The notes under the pieces: generated by a model
Seen by the model: the letters and a program-made list of their open reading frames with translations, nothing else
What the model was told of the DNA's origin: nothing
Database searches by the model: none
Shown: one piece after another, positions 1-9,241 of the stretch
How positions within the stretch are numbered: position 1 is the stretch's first letter
Layout: every line of letters starts with the position of its first letter
Program-made: the position numbers and the translations under genes
Source: a virus
Virus record (IMG/VR): IMGVR_UViG_3300044816_000098
Span: 64,001-128,000 of that record
Length of the DNA: 64,000 nt
Reading direction: 5' to 3' (one strand)

Positions 1-57
1 AGGACTGCCCCAGCGCTTGACCCCTACGGCCTGCCGGGAGCCGTGATCCCGGCGCCA

Positions 58-132
58 CCCCTCGTGGCGCAACTGGCAGACGCACCGGCTTCAAGTACCG
101 GACAAGTGTGGGTTCGACTCCCACCGAGGGGA
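58..132 (+). tRNA. tRNA-Leu(CAA)-like, short variable arm
   Basis: Acceptor CCCCTCG/CGAGGGG + A73; Leu-type D arm GCGCAACTGGCAGACGC; anticodon loop TTCAAGT with C31:A39 mismatch; T arm GTGGG-TTCGACT-CCCAC. Confidence 0.75.
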
Positions 133-161
133 CGCCAGACACCGACTCTCAGGAGGCACCT

Positions 162-485
162 ATGCCCACCTTCATGATCCAGCCCTCCGCGTACGTCGAC
201 CAGATCGTGGACGGCATGGAGCTGACCAAGCTCCCGTACCCGTACTACGCCGACACCGAGGGCAACGTGGCCAACCAGGAGTTCTGGAGCGGCACCGTGG
301 CCAAGGTCGTGGGCTTCCAGAAGGACCTGGCCAAGCAGCAGATCAACCTGTCGTGGTACCAGGCCACCAAGGACCCGAGCAAGGCCACGGGGATGTACCT
401 GATCACCAAGGACGACAAGGGCCAGTACAGCGTCCACAACACCGCCATGGAGTTCGTGCGGGACATGGAGGCCGCCGAACTCTAG
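162..485 (+). CDS. hypothetical protein
   Basis: AGGAGG RBS before ATG 162, high GC3. Confidence 0.8.
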   Translation: MPTFMIQPSAYVDQIVDGMELTKLPYPYYADTEGNVANQEFWSGTVAKVVGFQKDLAKQQINLSWYQATKDPSKATGMYLITKDDKGQYSVHNTAMEFVRDMEAAEL

Positions 486-492
486 GCACACC

Positions 493-539
493 GGGACCGA
501 GTGGTGAGCGTAGGCCGGTTCGATTCCGGTCGTCCCCCA
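493..539 (+). ncRNA. truncated tRNA-like element lacking an anticodon arm
   Basis: GGGAC/GTCCC-CCA ends, D-loop-like AGTGGTGAGCG, T arm GCCGG-TTCGATT-CCGGT. Confidence 0.4.
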
Positions 540-685
540 GGTGGGGGTGTGGGGTTTGACTCCCCTTGACCATGATGGCGAAAAGGATTGCCCGCAGACG
601 TGATGACGCGATGAGTGCGGGAACCGCGCAGAGGGGTTCGACTCCCCTCCGGCCCACGACAGACACCGACTCCAAGGAGGCCCAC

Positions 686-1468
686 GTGGATCTTTCCTCA
701 GCTCGACTCGCGGCACTGAACTCCGCGACCAAGTACCCCTCGATCGAGACCTTCCACGTCCTGGGGGAGCGCGGCGCCCTCACCGAGCAGGTCGGCCCCT
801 TCTGGGGCGCGGAGCCCAAGGAGCGGGTGTTCCTCACCGAGAAGGTGGACGGCACCAACGGCCGGATCATCCTGCTTCCGGGCGGCGACTACTTCATCGG
901 CTCCCGCGAGGAGCTGCTCTATGCCGAGGGCGACCGGGTGGAGAACCCCGCCTTGAGCATCGTGGAGGTGCTCAAGCCCCTCGCGGAAGAGCTGATCGGC
1001 CTGATGGATCAGAACGACGACCTGGCCCACGTGGTGTACCTGGAGGTCTACGGCGGCAAGGTCGGCGCCCAGGCGAAGCAGTACTCCGGCCTGGGCGGCA
1101 AGAGCGCCCGGATGTTCGATGTGGCGGCCGTGGACCTGGAGTGGCTGGACGAGTCCCGCGAGAGGATCTCCACCTGGCGGGAGAACGGCGGACAGGACTT
1201 CTACGACGAGAAGCGGCTCAACGCCTTCTCCCAGGCCGCTGGGCTGCCCCGTGTGCCGCTCCTGGGCTCCACGTTCGCCGACCTCCTCCCGACGTCTGTG
1301 GAGGGCATGTCCTCCTTCCTGAGGGACTACCTGCCCAACACCCGCGTCGCCCTGGACGCGGAGGCGGGTAACAAGGCCGAGGGCATCGTGTTCCGCACCG
1401 AGAACCGGAACCGGATCGCCAAGGCCCGCTTCCAGGACTACGAGCGCACGCTCAAGCGCAGGAAGTAG
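686..1468 (+). CDS. ATP-dependent RNA ligase, Rnl2-like nucleotidyltransferase
   Basis: Motif I TEKVDGTN, then LEVYG, FDV, EGIV, AKAR; GGAGG RBS before GTG 686. Confidence 0.85.
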   Translation: MDLSSARLAALNSATKYPSIETFHVLGERGALTEQVGPFWGAEPKERVFLTEKVDGTNGRIILLPGGDYFIGSREELLYAEGDRVENPALSIVEVLKPLAEELIGLMDQNDDLAHVVYLEVYGGKVGAQAKQYSGLGGKSARMFDVAAVDLEWLDESRERISTWRENGGQDFYDEKRLNAFSQAAGLPRVPLLGSTFADLLPTSVEGMSSFLRDYLPNTRVALDAEAGNKAEGIVFRTENRNRIAKARFQDYERTLKRRK

Positions 1469-1472
1469 ACCC

Positions 1473-1739
1473 ATGGGGCAACAGATCATCCAGCAGCCGG
1501 ACGGGCTCTTCGCGGTCTTTTCCACCGTGACCGACTCGCTCATCATCACCGACGCCACTCCGGAGGAACTGGTGGAGTGGCGGGCCGAGCAGGCGGCGGA
1601 GAGGGCCCGGGAGAGTGCCCGGACCGAGCTGAAGAACGTGATGGCCGGGGAGCCCTGGAAGAGCTACTACTTCCGGGTGCTGACCTGGGACGAGGTCCAG
1701 GAGATGGAGAAGCAGCGGAAGGAGGGGTACGGCTGGTGA
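1473..1739 (+). CDS. hypothetical protein
   Basis: Packed ORF, high GC3. Confidence 0.75.
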   Translation: MGQQIIQQPDGLFAVFSTVTDSLIITDATPEELVEWRAEQAAERARESARTELKNVMAGEPWKSYYFRVLTWDEVQEMEKQRKEGYGW

Positions 1740-1936
1740 ACACGATCCTGATCGGCTTCGGGGCGGCGGAGGCGCTGTTGCTCCTGGGCTGTGTGGCCTA
1801 CTGCATCCCGCAGGCGATCGAGTTCGGGGTGGGGGCAGTCCTCTTCCCGACCAGGGAGTTCTGGACGGGCACTGCGGTGCTGTGGGAGGCCCTGCTGGTC
1901 ACCATCGTGGTCCACGATCATGTGCGGCTCTGGTGA
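1736..1936 (+). CDS. small membrane protein
   Basis: GTGA overlap, two hydrophobic segments. Confidence 0.65.
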   Translation: MNTILIGFGAAEALLLLGCVAYCIPQAIEFGVGAVLFPTREFWTGTAVLWEALLVTIVVHDHVRLW

Positions 1937-2205
1937 AGCGGGGAGCGGAGATCCCGGAGGCGGAGTTCGACGTCCTGGATCGGATCCGGATCTTGCGGGA
2001 GCAGTTGAAGGAGACGGAGTTCATGACCATCCAGTCACTCCTTCAGCAGGGGTACTCGATGTCCATGATCGCCATCCCCATGCGGATGACCAAGCAGGCC
2101 CTGCGGGGACGGCTGGTGAAGGGCTACTACGGCGAAGTGGTGGACGTGGCTCCCCAGGAGAGCTTCGAGGATGTCCTCGCGTCCGTCATGGAGGAGCGCA
2201 CATGA
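1933..2205 (+). CDS. hypothetical protein, possible HTH
   Basis: GTGA overlap; GYSMSMIAIPMRMTKQAL helix-turn-helix-like pattern. Confidence 0.6.
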   Translation: MKRGAEIPEAEFDVLDRIRILREQLKETEFMTIQSLLQQGYSMSMIAIPMRMTKQALRGRLVKGYYGEVVDVAPQESFEDVLASVMEERT

Positions 2206-2408
2206 GCGATATCACGATCGTCTTCGGCTTCTTGGAGTCGCTGTTGATGCTGGTGAGCGGCCTGACCTTCCTCTGGGGGATCAAGCGGGGGTGGGAGATG
2301 GAGATGTTCCTGCCCGTGGCCATGGCGGCGATCGGTACGGTCGTCCTGGTCGTGTCATGGATGGTCGTGGTGATCGTTCACGACCATCTCCACATCGCCT
2401 TCACCTGA
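2202..2408 (+). CDS. small membrane protein, similar to 1736..1936
   Basis: ATGA overlap; both end in (V/T)IV(V)HDH. Confidence 0.65.
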   Translation: MSDITIVFGFLESLLMLVSGLTFLWGIKRGWEMEMFLPVAMAAIGTVVLVVSWMVVVIVHDHLHIAFT

Positions 2409-2411
2409 GGC

Positions 2412-2440
2412 TTGTACTCCTGCAATTGCAGGAGTAGAGT
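2412..2440 (+). promoter_or_regulatory. early sigma70-type promoter with palindromic operator
   Basis: TTGTAC-17-TAGAGT; perfect 22-bp palindrome 2415-2436. Confidence 0.8.
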
Positions 2441-2478
2441 CTTACTCAGCAGGACACACCGACTCCCCGGAGGTTCAC

Positions 2479-2793
2479 ATGGTCCAGATTCGCGCCAACG
2501 TCGTCAGCCGCTTCCTCTCCGCGAACGGCTTCTCCCGCTCGGTGACCAGCGCGACCCGCATCCGGGGCTGGAACACCTGGACCACCGGCTACGAGGCCAC
2601 GCTCCAGAGCGACGGCAAGGTCCGGGTCATGTGGACGATGGGTTCCCGCAGCGGACAGGCCAGCTCGCGGGAGATCGCGGACAAGCAGGCCGCCATGAGG
2701 ACCGTGCTGGAGCGGCGCTACACCGTCGAGATCGGCGTGGACGGATTCTTCAACGACCGCGAGCACCTGTTGGTGAGCGCCAAGCAGTCCTGA
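2479..2793 (+). CDS. hypothetical protein
   Basis: GGAGG RBS, follows promoter. Confidence 0.8.
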   Translation: MVQIRANVVSRFLSANGFSRSVTSATRIRGWNTWTTGYEATLQSDGKVRVMWTMGSRSGQASSREIADKQAAMRTVLERRYTVEIGVDGFFNDREHLLVSAKQS

Positions 2794-2798
2794 CCCCA

Positions 2799-2833
2799 CA
2801 CAGCCCCTGGCGACCCGTTCGCCAGGGGCTGTG
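2799..2833 (+). terminator. hairpin terminator
   Basis: 15-bp perfect inverted repeat after stop codon. Confidence 0.7.
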
Positions 2834-2874
2834 GCCTGTCATGCCCAACCACATCCGAACCGAGGAGATACCCC

Positions 2875-3120
2875 ATGGCCGAGCTGAGTGAACTGAGCCT
2901 GCTGATCATCGAGCGGGACCGGCTGCTGCACAAGGCCCGTTCCAAGACCAACCTGACGATCATCGGCGCTCTCCTCCCGACCGGGGACGACGCCGCCGAC
3001 ATCGAGATTCTGCGTACGGAGATCGATGACCTGAGTGAGTTCATCGGCCGTCCGACCCCGGGACTGCACACCGACACGGTCGACACCACCGAGGAGGATG
3101 ACGACCCGACGAACACCTGA
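2875..3120 (+). CDS. hypothetical protein
   Basis: GAGGAG RBS. Confidence 0.7.
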   Translation: MAELSELSLLIIERDRLLHKARSKTNLTIIGALLPTGDDAADIEILRTEIDDLSEFIGRPTPGLHTDTVDTTEEDDDPTNT

Positions 3121-3126
3121 CCGAGG

Positions 3127-3155
3127 TTGTACTCCCGAGATTCTTGTACTACCTT
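3127..3155 (+). promoter_or_regulatory. early promoter/operator copy
   Basis: TTGTAC-17-TACCTT. Confidence 0.7.
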
Positions 3156-3179
3156 CCGGCAGTCCGCCTATACGAGGAG

Positions 3180-3626
3180 ATGCCCGTGAACAAGAAGTCG
3201 ATCAGCACAACGCTCGCTCTGACTCTCGTAGCGGTCGGGTGGGGAGTTACCACCGCCCAGACCTCCGAGGCCGCCACAACCGGCGTCAGGGCCCTCAGCG
3301 TGGCCGCGTCGAAGAAGGGCTCGCCCTACCAGTGGGGCGCGGTGGGCCCGTACCGCTTCGACTGCTCCGGCCTGACGCTCTACGCGTTCAAGCGCGTGGG
3401 CAAGACCCTGCCGCGTACCGCGCAGTCCCAGTACAACAAGTCGCACCACATCTCGAAGGCGTCCCTGCGCCCGGGTGACCTGGTGTTCTTCTACTCCGGC
3501 AGCAGCGTCTACCACGTCGGCATCTACGCCGGTGGGGGCAAGATCTGGCACGCGCCCAAGTCGGGCACCCGCGTGCGCCTGGAGAAGATCTGGACCAGCC
3601 ACGTCAAGTACGGCCGCATCAGCTAA
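3180..3626 (+). CDS. secreted NlpC/P60 peptidoglycan endopeptidase
   Basis: Signal peptide; PYQWG, FDCSGL, PGDLVFF, HVGIY motifs. Confidence 0.92.
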   Translation: MPVNKKSISTTLALTLVAVGWGVTTAQTSEAATTGVRALSVAASKKGSPYQWGAVGPYRFDCSGLTLYAFKRVGKTLPRTAQSQYNKSHHISKASLRPGDLVFFYSGSSVYHVGIYAGGGKIWHAPKSGTRVRLEKIWTSHVKYGRIS

Positions 3627-3632
3627 GGGGAC

Positions 3633-3661
3633 TTGTACTCCTGCGATCCTTGTAGTAGCGT
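3633..3661 (+). promoter_or_regulatory. early promoter/operator copy
   Basis: TTGTAC-17-TAGCGT. Confidence 0.8.
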
Positions 3662-3698
3662 TCCTCTTGTCAGCACGACGACTCCTCTGGAGGCCACC

Positions 3699-3953
3699 AT
3701 GGCGACTCTCGCGTTCCGCACCAGCAAGTCCGGCGCCCACACCATGCGCGTGTCGTACGACATCGGTAGCGGTGAGCAGGGCGAGGAGCTGTTCCGCCTG
3801 TTCCGGGGTCGCCCGTCGAGTCTCCTGAAGGTGACCCGGGCCTACGCGGCCAAGAACGGCCAGCGCTTCCAGACCGGCATCGTGCTCTCGGACGACGGCA
3901 ACGGGTCGGCTGTGGCGTGGCCCATCGGGACCGCGTCCAACCTCGGCAACTGA
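3699..3953 (+). CDS. hypothetical protein
   Basis: GGAGG RBS before ATG 3699. Confidence 0.75.
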   Translation: MATLAFRTSKSGAHTMRVSYDIGSGEQGEELFRLFRGRPSSLLKVTRAYAAKNGQRFQTGIVLSDDGNGSAVAWPIGTASNLGN

Positions 3954-4018
3954 TCGTTGAGCAGTACCCGGCCGTCCACCTCTGGGCGGCCGGGCCCCGT
4001 CTTTTGGGAGGAGTGCCC

Positions 4019-4363
4019 ATGGGCAAGCGCAGCAGGATGAACCGGGCCAACAAGGCCGCCGAGGCCGGTGCGGAAGAGGCAGCCAAGATCCACGAGCTGT
4101 ACGCGGAGATGCGGAAGGTCGCCGAGGACGCCTTGGAGGGGGCGCTGGCCCGTCTGCGGGAGGGCGGCGCGGACGAGAAGGACCTCATCACCGTCCACAA
4201 CACCTCCCGCCTGCTGTGCATCTCGGACATCTGGGAGATGGACCTCGGGAGGGTCGCACTCGAACTGGCCCGCTCCGGGAGCGAGGACACCGTCGTCGAC
4301 AAGATCGTGGAGGTCCTCATGGAGGGCGTCATTCTCAACGAGGCCGCCAAGGAGGGTTCATGA
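4019..4363 (+). CDS. hypothetical protein
   Basis: GGAGGAG RBS, high GC3. Confidence 0.75.
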   Translation: MGKRSRMNRANKAAEAGAEEAAKIHELYAEMRKVAEDALEGALARLREGGADEKDLITVHNTSRLLCISDIWEMDLGRVALELARSGSEDTVVDKIVEVLMEGVILNEAAKEGS

Positions 4364-4614
4364 CCAAGGGCAAGCCGACTGACAACCCCGTCAATGTTGT
4401 GGTGGATACCGACAACCCTGGCAACGTCGTGGTGGATCTGACCAACTCGGTCCTGAAGGACGTGGAGGGCATCCTCGCCCGCTTCGTCGGGCCGCTGGGG
4501 TCTCAGATCGGCGTCGCCGAGGTCACCGGGCTGTTGGCGGTCAAGGCCCAGCTCGCCCAGGCCGCAGGATTGCTGGCCGTGGCCGACGCCATCCGGGAGA
4601 GCAACCGTGGCTGA
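4360..4614 (+). CDS. hypothetical protein
   Basis: ATGA overlap, RBS. Confidence 0.7.
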   Translation: MTKGKPTDNPVNVVVDTDNPGNVVVDLTNSVLKDVEGILARFVGPLGSQIGVAEVTGLLAVKAQLAQAAGLLAVADAIRESNRG

Positions 4615-4757
4615 CGAGCCCCTGAGCATGGACATCCTCAAGACCCGGCTGGAGCACGCAGAGGCCGTCCAGAGGACCCTGGCGGCCGGTCTGGCCTTCT
4701 ACACGCGTCACAGCATCCAGGAGGTCATCCAGGCCGCCGAGGACGCTGTGAGCGCCG

Positions 4758-5087
4758 GTGAGGCCCACCGTGGCTGAGGACGAGATGGAGGGGTGCTCCC
4801 TCGCGTGCCGCAAGGCCAAGGTGCACACGTTCGAGTACGGGGGCTGCGAGCACGGCATCGCGCCGGAGCCGCACGTGAGCATGACGTACGTGTACCAGGC
4901 GGACGACGGCTACCCGGCCATCGGCATGAAGACGTACACCGCGCAGGAGCTGGCCGACCTGATCTTCCCGGAGATCTACCCCGAGGGTGGCTGGCCGGAG
5001 GAGCTGTTCAACGAGGCGTTCGGCAAGGCTCTGGCCCTTCGGGTGGCGCGGGCCATCATCGTGCACAACAAGGACGAGGTCACCTGA
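4758..5087 (+). CDS. hypothetical protein
   Basis: High GC3; start uncertain. Confidence 0.65.
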   Translation: MRPTVAEDEMEGCSLACRKAKVHTFEYGGCEHGIAPEPHVSMTYVYQADDGYPAIGMKTYTAQELADLIFPEIYPEGGWPEELFNEAFGKALALRVARAIIVHNKDEVT

Positions 5088-5097
5088 GGTGCCCCGC

Positions 5098-5742
5098 ATG
5101 ATCGGCGCCTGCACGAAGCCATGGTGTCCCTCATGCCATGCGCCTGGCGGGCTCGACTGTCCAGACGCGAGCAGGAGCCGGAAAGCCCAGAAGGTCTACG
5201 AGGAGCGCCAGTGGCGCAGAGAAGCGGAGGACGAAATGGGAGACCTGGAGCGGGCCCGCCTGTTCGCGGAGACGCCCAACGTGCTGTTGAGGACGGTCGA
5301 TCTCGGGGAGGGACACCAGATCCCGATCCCCGTACATGTGATCGAGTTCTGGAGCGAGCACAACTGCTGGCCCCCGTTGAAGGACCTCCTCGCGGCCGTG
5401 TGGCCGGACGGGAAGCTGCGGTTCATCCCGCACCAGACCGAGGCCGGGGACTGCCCGTGCCCCGGCTCGCTGCGTCCTTACGAGGAGTCCAGCGAGGAGA
5501 AGCTCCGGGCCGAGCACGTGGCCTCTTTGGACCAGTCCGCCGAGGACGAGGTCGTCATGGGCGTCGACACCGAGAGCGAGTGGCACCAGCGCCAGCTCCG
5601 CATGAAGGCCCTGGAGGCTGCGTCCCGGGTGCTGGACCTTTCGATGACGAACTCCCTGGACCGGATCCAGATCGAGAGTCGGGGAGCTGCCGTCGTCGGC
5701 ATGGCCAAGATCTTCGAGCAGTACCTCCGCGACGGGAACTGA
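5098..5742 (+). CDS. hypothetical Cys-containing protein
   Basis: GAGG RBS; CxxxxCxxC at N terminus. Confidence 0.65.
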   Translation: MIGACTKPWCPSCHAPGGLDCPDASRSRKAQKVYEERQWRREAEDEMGDLERARLFAETPNVLLRTVDLGEGHQIPIPVHVIEFWSEHNCWPPLKDLLAAVWPDGKLRFIPHQTEAGDCPCPGSLRPYEESSEEKLRAEHVASLDQSAEDEVVMGVDTESEWHQRQLRMKALEAASRVLDLSMTNSLDRIQIESRGAAVVGMAKIFEQYLRDGN

Positions 5743-6158
5743 TGGCCAAGGACGACGACGCGAAGATCATTCCGTTCCGCCATCCCAAGCCCCCACCACC
5801 ACCGACCGATCCCCAGCAGTGCACCTGTGCGAACGGCGATGTCCATCGCTGTCCCAAGCACGGGAGCTGAAAGAAGAACACGTGGCACGCAACGACGATG
5901 ACGACAAGATCTGCCCCAACGACTTACCGGAGCAGCCCCCGAACCGCGAGTACCCGCCGGTGACGATCACGGTCGACACCGAGACCGGGACGACGATAGT
6001 GGCCGGGGGCAGGCCCAGGTGAGCAAGGAACACGAGCCGGTCGAGGACAACCAGGAGACCGAAGAGGACCAGGCCGAGCGCACGCTCCCCGATCACACCG
6101 AACCCGCGCCGGAAACCGGCGACATGCCCAAGCGGCACTGAACCACCTGGAGATCACC

Positions 6159-6554
6159 ATGTCCTTCTCGGACAAGCTCGACTGGGCCAGCATGGCCTTC
6201 GCGACCCTGGGCATCGGCTTCTTCGTCGCCTGGATCATCATGGAGCGCACGAAGGGCAAAACGACCCGCGAGACGGGGCTGAACCTGTCGGTGGCGGCCC
6301 ACATCCTGTTCCAGGTCTTCATGATGTGCGCCCTGACGCTCGGACTCGCGAGGGGTATCCACGCGGACGATACGGCGGAGATCGCCGTCTCCGGCTTTGG
6401 GCTCGGAGTGTTCGCGGCCACTGTGCTCGTCATGGCTGTGTCCCGGGCCAAGCAGCGACACAACGACGTGGCCGAGGCGAAGGCCCGTGCCCTGGGGCAG
6501 CTTGCTGCCGAACAGATCATCGTGGACGCAGCGAAGGATCAGCCCAAGGCTTGA
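6159..6554 (+). CDS. membrane protein (3 TM)
   Basis: Three hydrophobic segments, RBS. Confidence 0.75.
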   Translation: MSFSDKLDWASMAFATLGIGFFVAWIIMERTKGKTTRETGLNLSVAAHILFQVFMMCALTLGLARGIHADDTAEIAVSGFGLGVFAATVLVMAVSRAKQRHNDVAEAKARALGQLAAEQIIVDAAKDQPKA

Positions 6555-6580
6555 TGCTCCTGCGATTCCCGTAGTAAGGT
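6551..6580 (+). promoter_or_regulatory. early promoter/operator copy
   Basis: TTGATG-18-TAAGGT with CTCCTGCGATTCCCGTAG spacer. Confidence 0.6.
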
Positions 6581-6643
6581 CAGTACTCCGCAGCCCCGGC
6601 AGGCTCAAGGTGCCGGGGCTGCGGCCATGAGAGGAGAGAACGC

Positions 6644-6994
6644 ATGGAACACACACACGTCATCCAGCGGCGCAGGGAGCACGTGACCCTGGAGTGGCTG
6701 GAGCAGTTCGGCTACGCGGGCGTCTTCGCCCCGGTGATGCCGACGCTGCCCTACATGCCCACGTTCGGTGTCTCGAACGTCCTGCTCTTCGCCAGGCCCG
6801 GCGGGGTGCTCCTGCTGGCGCTGGAGGGCAACACGCTGGTCTGGGACGAGCGGGGAGATCACGTCGGGGTGGAGGTCGAACCCAAGCCGCCCACCGAGGA
6901 GGAGCTGGGTGCCCGGATCGAGGACGGGCTCCTTCCGGCCGAGGAGATTTCGAGGCACGCCAAGGAGTTCCTCGCCAACGACCCCGACAACTGA
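6644..6994 (+). CDS. hypothetical protein
   Basis: GAGGAG RBS. Confidence 0.7.
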   Translation: MEHTHVIQRRREHVTLEWLEQFGYAGVFAPVMPTLPYMPTFGVSNVLLFARPGGVLLLALEGNTLVWDERGDHVGVEVEPKPPTEEELGARIEDGLLPAEEISRHAKEFLANDPDN

Positions 6995-6996
6995 TC

Positions 6997-7248
6997 ATGT
7001 GCAACCGCTGCAACGCAGCTCAGAACAGCCTGATGACGGCCCAGCAGATGGTGCGGCGCAAGCTGCGGGAGAAGGACGAGAGCCAGCGCACCCGCGCCCC
7101 CAGGACGCTGCTCTACGGGATCTTCTCGGACCAGTTCGTCCTGCTGGGCAAGCGCTACTGCTGGGTCAACGAGAACGGCGTGCTGTCCCTCGTTCGGGTG
7201 ACCTGGAGTGAAGACGACGAGGAGGAGAGCGTCCATGTTGATGACTGA
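6997..7248 (+). CDS. hypothetical protein
   Basis: Packed ORF, high GC3. Confidence 0.65.
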   Translation: MCNRCNAAQNSLMTAQQMVRRKLREKDESQRTRAPRTLLYGIFSDQFVLLGKRYCWVNENGVLSLVRVTWSEDDEEESVHVDD

Positions 7249-7594
7249 CCGCTCGATCGCGAGCATCATCCACGAGGCCAACCGGCAGCACCGCATCGTG
7301 CTGGGGGAGTCGCCGGGTCCGCACTGGAACGAGACCGACGAGGACTTCAAGAAGGTCGTCGTCGATGGTGTTGCGCACGTACGCAACGGGGTCACCACCG
7401 AGGAGCTGCACCAGACCTGGATGGAGGCCAAGGGCGCCCAGGGGTGGACGTGGGGGCCGTACAAGGACACGGTCCACCTGCGCCACCCGTGCATGGTCCC
7501 GTACGGGGACCTGCCCGAGGCCCAGCGAGCGAAGGACCAGCTCTTCGCGGCCATCGCGGCCGTGCTGCTCAGTACCGAGGAAGTGACTACATGA
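7235..7594 (+). CDS. RyR-domain protein
   Basis: LHQTWMEAKGAQGWTWGPYKD..HPCMVPYGDLPEAQRAKD matches the RyR repeat signature. Confidence 0.85.
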   Translation: MLMTDRSIASIIHEANRQHRIVLGESPGPHWNETDEDFKKVVVDGVAHVRNGVTTEELHQTWMEAKGAQGWTWGPYKDTVHLRHPCMVPYGDLPEAQRAKDQLFAAIAAVLLSTEEVTT

Positions 7595-7908
7595 TCGAAC
7601 AGGACCCGGCTTTGCGGACGGTCTACGTGACCATCGGCAACAGTGACAACAAGCTGACCCAGGAGGAATGGGCGTTCTTCTGTGCCGAGGTGTACCAGCG
7701 GGTGAGCACCCTCTCCACCAAGATCTTGGGTGCTTGGTACTCCCTGCCGCACCTGGCGCATCAGAACGCCTGTTGGGGGATGCACCTGGAAGAGCCCATG
7801 TACGAGAAGCTCCGGCTTGACCTGGCCAGGTGCTGTCGGAATTGGAATCAGGACGCCATCGCCTTCGCCACGGCGCAGGTCGAACTCATCAGGCCGGAGG
7901 GGTCATGA
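7591..7908 (+). CDS. hypothetical protein
   Basis: ATGA overlap, RBS. Confidence 0.75.
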   Translation: MIEQDPALRTVYVTIGNSDNKLTQEEWAFFCAEVYQRVSTLSTKILGAWYSLPHLAHQNACWGMHLEEPMYEKLRLDLARCCRNWNQDAIAFATAQVELIRPEGS

Positions 7909-8315
7909 CCACTGCTCAGCAGGGATACGGGCTGGAGGAGGTGTCCACGGCCTTCCGTCTGATGAACGAAAGGATCATGGTCCCGAACCAGCTCGACGTG
8001 CTCTACCAGGTACTGCCCCGGCAGGCTCAGGAGTGCACCGAGGAAATTAAAATCCTCTTCGATGACGGTACTGCCGTCTGCATCCTCCGGTGCCGCCACG
8101 GTGAATGGCGGGCCAGGAGTGACCTCTTCAACCTCACGGAGGCCCTGCTGCGGGCCGGTCATGAGTTCGAGCAACACGCGCACCCCGCACTGTGCCGCAA
8201 GACCTACCGCGACCGCAACGTCTACGAGATGTCGGCAACGGACAGCCCGGTCTCGCTGGACCTCCAGTGCACCCAGTTCGAGGGCCACCGAGGGTGGTGT
8301 GGCGAGGATGGTTGA
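7905..8315 (+). CDS. hypothetical protein
   Basis: ATGA overlap, RBS. Confidence 0.7.
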   Translation: MTTAQQGYGLEEVSTAFRLMNERIMVPNQLDVLYQVLPRQAQECTEEIKILFDDGTAVCILRCRHGEWRARSDLFNLTEALLRAGHEFEQHAHPALCRKTYRDRNVYEMSATDSPVSLDLQCTQFEGHRGWCGEDG

Positions 8316-8745
8316 GATCCACCGCCGTACCCCCTCGTCGATGATGCGGTACTTCGCCAACCAGGTGGTGGAGATCGCCAACCGCTCCGGAGACGTGGAG
8401 CTGGGAGGGCTGGGCATGGCCATGAACATGAGCGCGGACAGCTTGGGCGCGGAGCAGGTCGACGACCGTATCGGCCGCCCCCTGGGCGAGAAGACCAGCA
8501 AGGAGTTGTTCGCCAAGCTCAAGAGCGAGGTCCCCCTGACGGCCATTCCGGGCAAGCCCCTGGCCCTGGTGCTGGACGTGGTGGAGACGGAGGACGACTA
8601 CCGGGTCTACCTGGTCGGCATATTCCCTCCGGACGTCCCGGAGCCCGCTCTTCTGCCGAATGCCGTACGGCACCGGATCGAGACCTTCTACGGCGCCAAG
8701 ATGGACCAACAGGTCCTGGGACTGGGTAAGGAGGGTATGCAGTGA
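8308..8745 (+). CDS. hypothetical protein
   Basis: Packed ORF, high GC3. Confidence 0.7.
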   Translation: MVEIHRRTPSSMMRYFANQVVEIANRSGDVELGGLGMAMNMSADSLGAEQVDDRIGRPLGEKTSKELFAKLKSEVPLTAIPGKPLALVLDVVETEDDYRVYLVGIFPPDVPEPALLPNAVRHRIETFYGAKMDQQVLGLGKEGMQ

Positions 8746-8845
8746 GCAGCCCGAAGGACGATCCCGAGCGGGATCCGAACTGGTGTCAGAACCACGGCAA
8801 AACCCGCGAGCAGGAAGAGCGGGAGAAGAAGGAGAACGACAAGAA

Positions 8846-9193
8846 ATGATGGTCAGTTACAGCGAGGCCCTGGTGGCCTGCAAGCGTGGCGCGAAGATCA
8901 GCCGCATGGGCTGGAACGGCGCCAACATGTTCGTGGTCTACCAGGCCGGGTATCCCGAGGGGATCCCGATCAACGCGAACACCGCCCAGGCCACCGGCCT
9001 GCCCGAGGGCACGGTCTGCGCCTTCCGGCCGTACCTGATGATGCGTGTCGCCAGCAGTTCCCTCATGCCGACCTTCGTCCCGTGGACGGTGAGCCAGTCC
9101 GACCAGATCGAGGAGGACTGGGTGATCACCGACGAGACCGAGGTCACCCGTGAGGACGAGGTGCGCCAGGAGAGCGAAGCTCCGCCGTACTAA
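8846..9193 (+). CDS. DUF2829 / Tad2-like protein (putative anti-Thoeris sponge)
   Basis: YSEAL..CKRGAKISRMGWNG..PYLMM..VPWTVSQSDQIEEDW, the DUF2829 pattern. Confidence 0.8.
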   Translation: MMVSYSEALVACKRGAKISRMGWNGANMFVVYQAGYPEGIPINANTAQATGLPEGTVCAFRPYLMMRVASSSLMPTFVPWTVSQSDQIEEDWVITDETEVTREDEVRQESEAPPY

Positions 9194-9210
9194 GACCCGC
9201 CCGATTGGTC

Positions 9211-9241
9211 GGCCCCTGGACAGCTCAAGAGTCCAGGGGCC
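9211..9241 (+). terminator. hairpin terminator
   Basis: GGCCCCTGGAC/GTCCAGGGGCC. Confidence 0.65.

Noticed and set aside
58-132. tRNA-Sec or opal suppressor reading (TCA)
   Set aside because: Stem register centres CAA, and there is no long acceptor or variable arm typical of tRNA-Sec
541-660. tmRNA gene
   Set aside because: Far too short, the ends do not pair into an Ala acceptor stem, and there is no tag ORF
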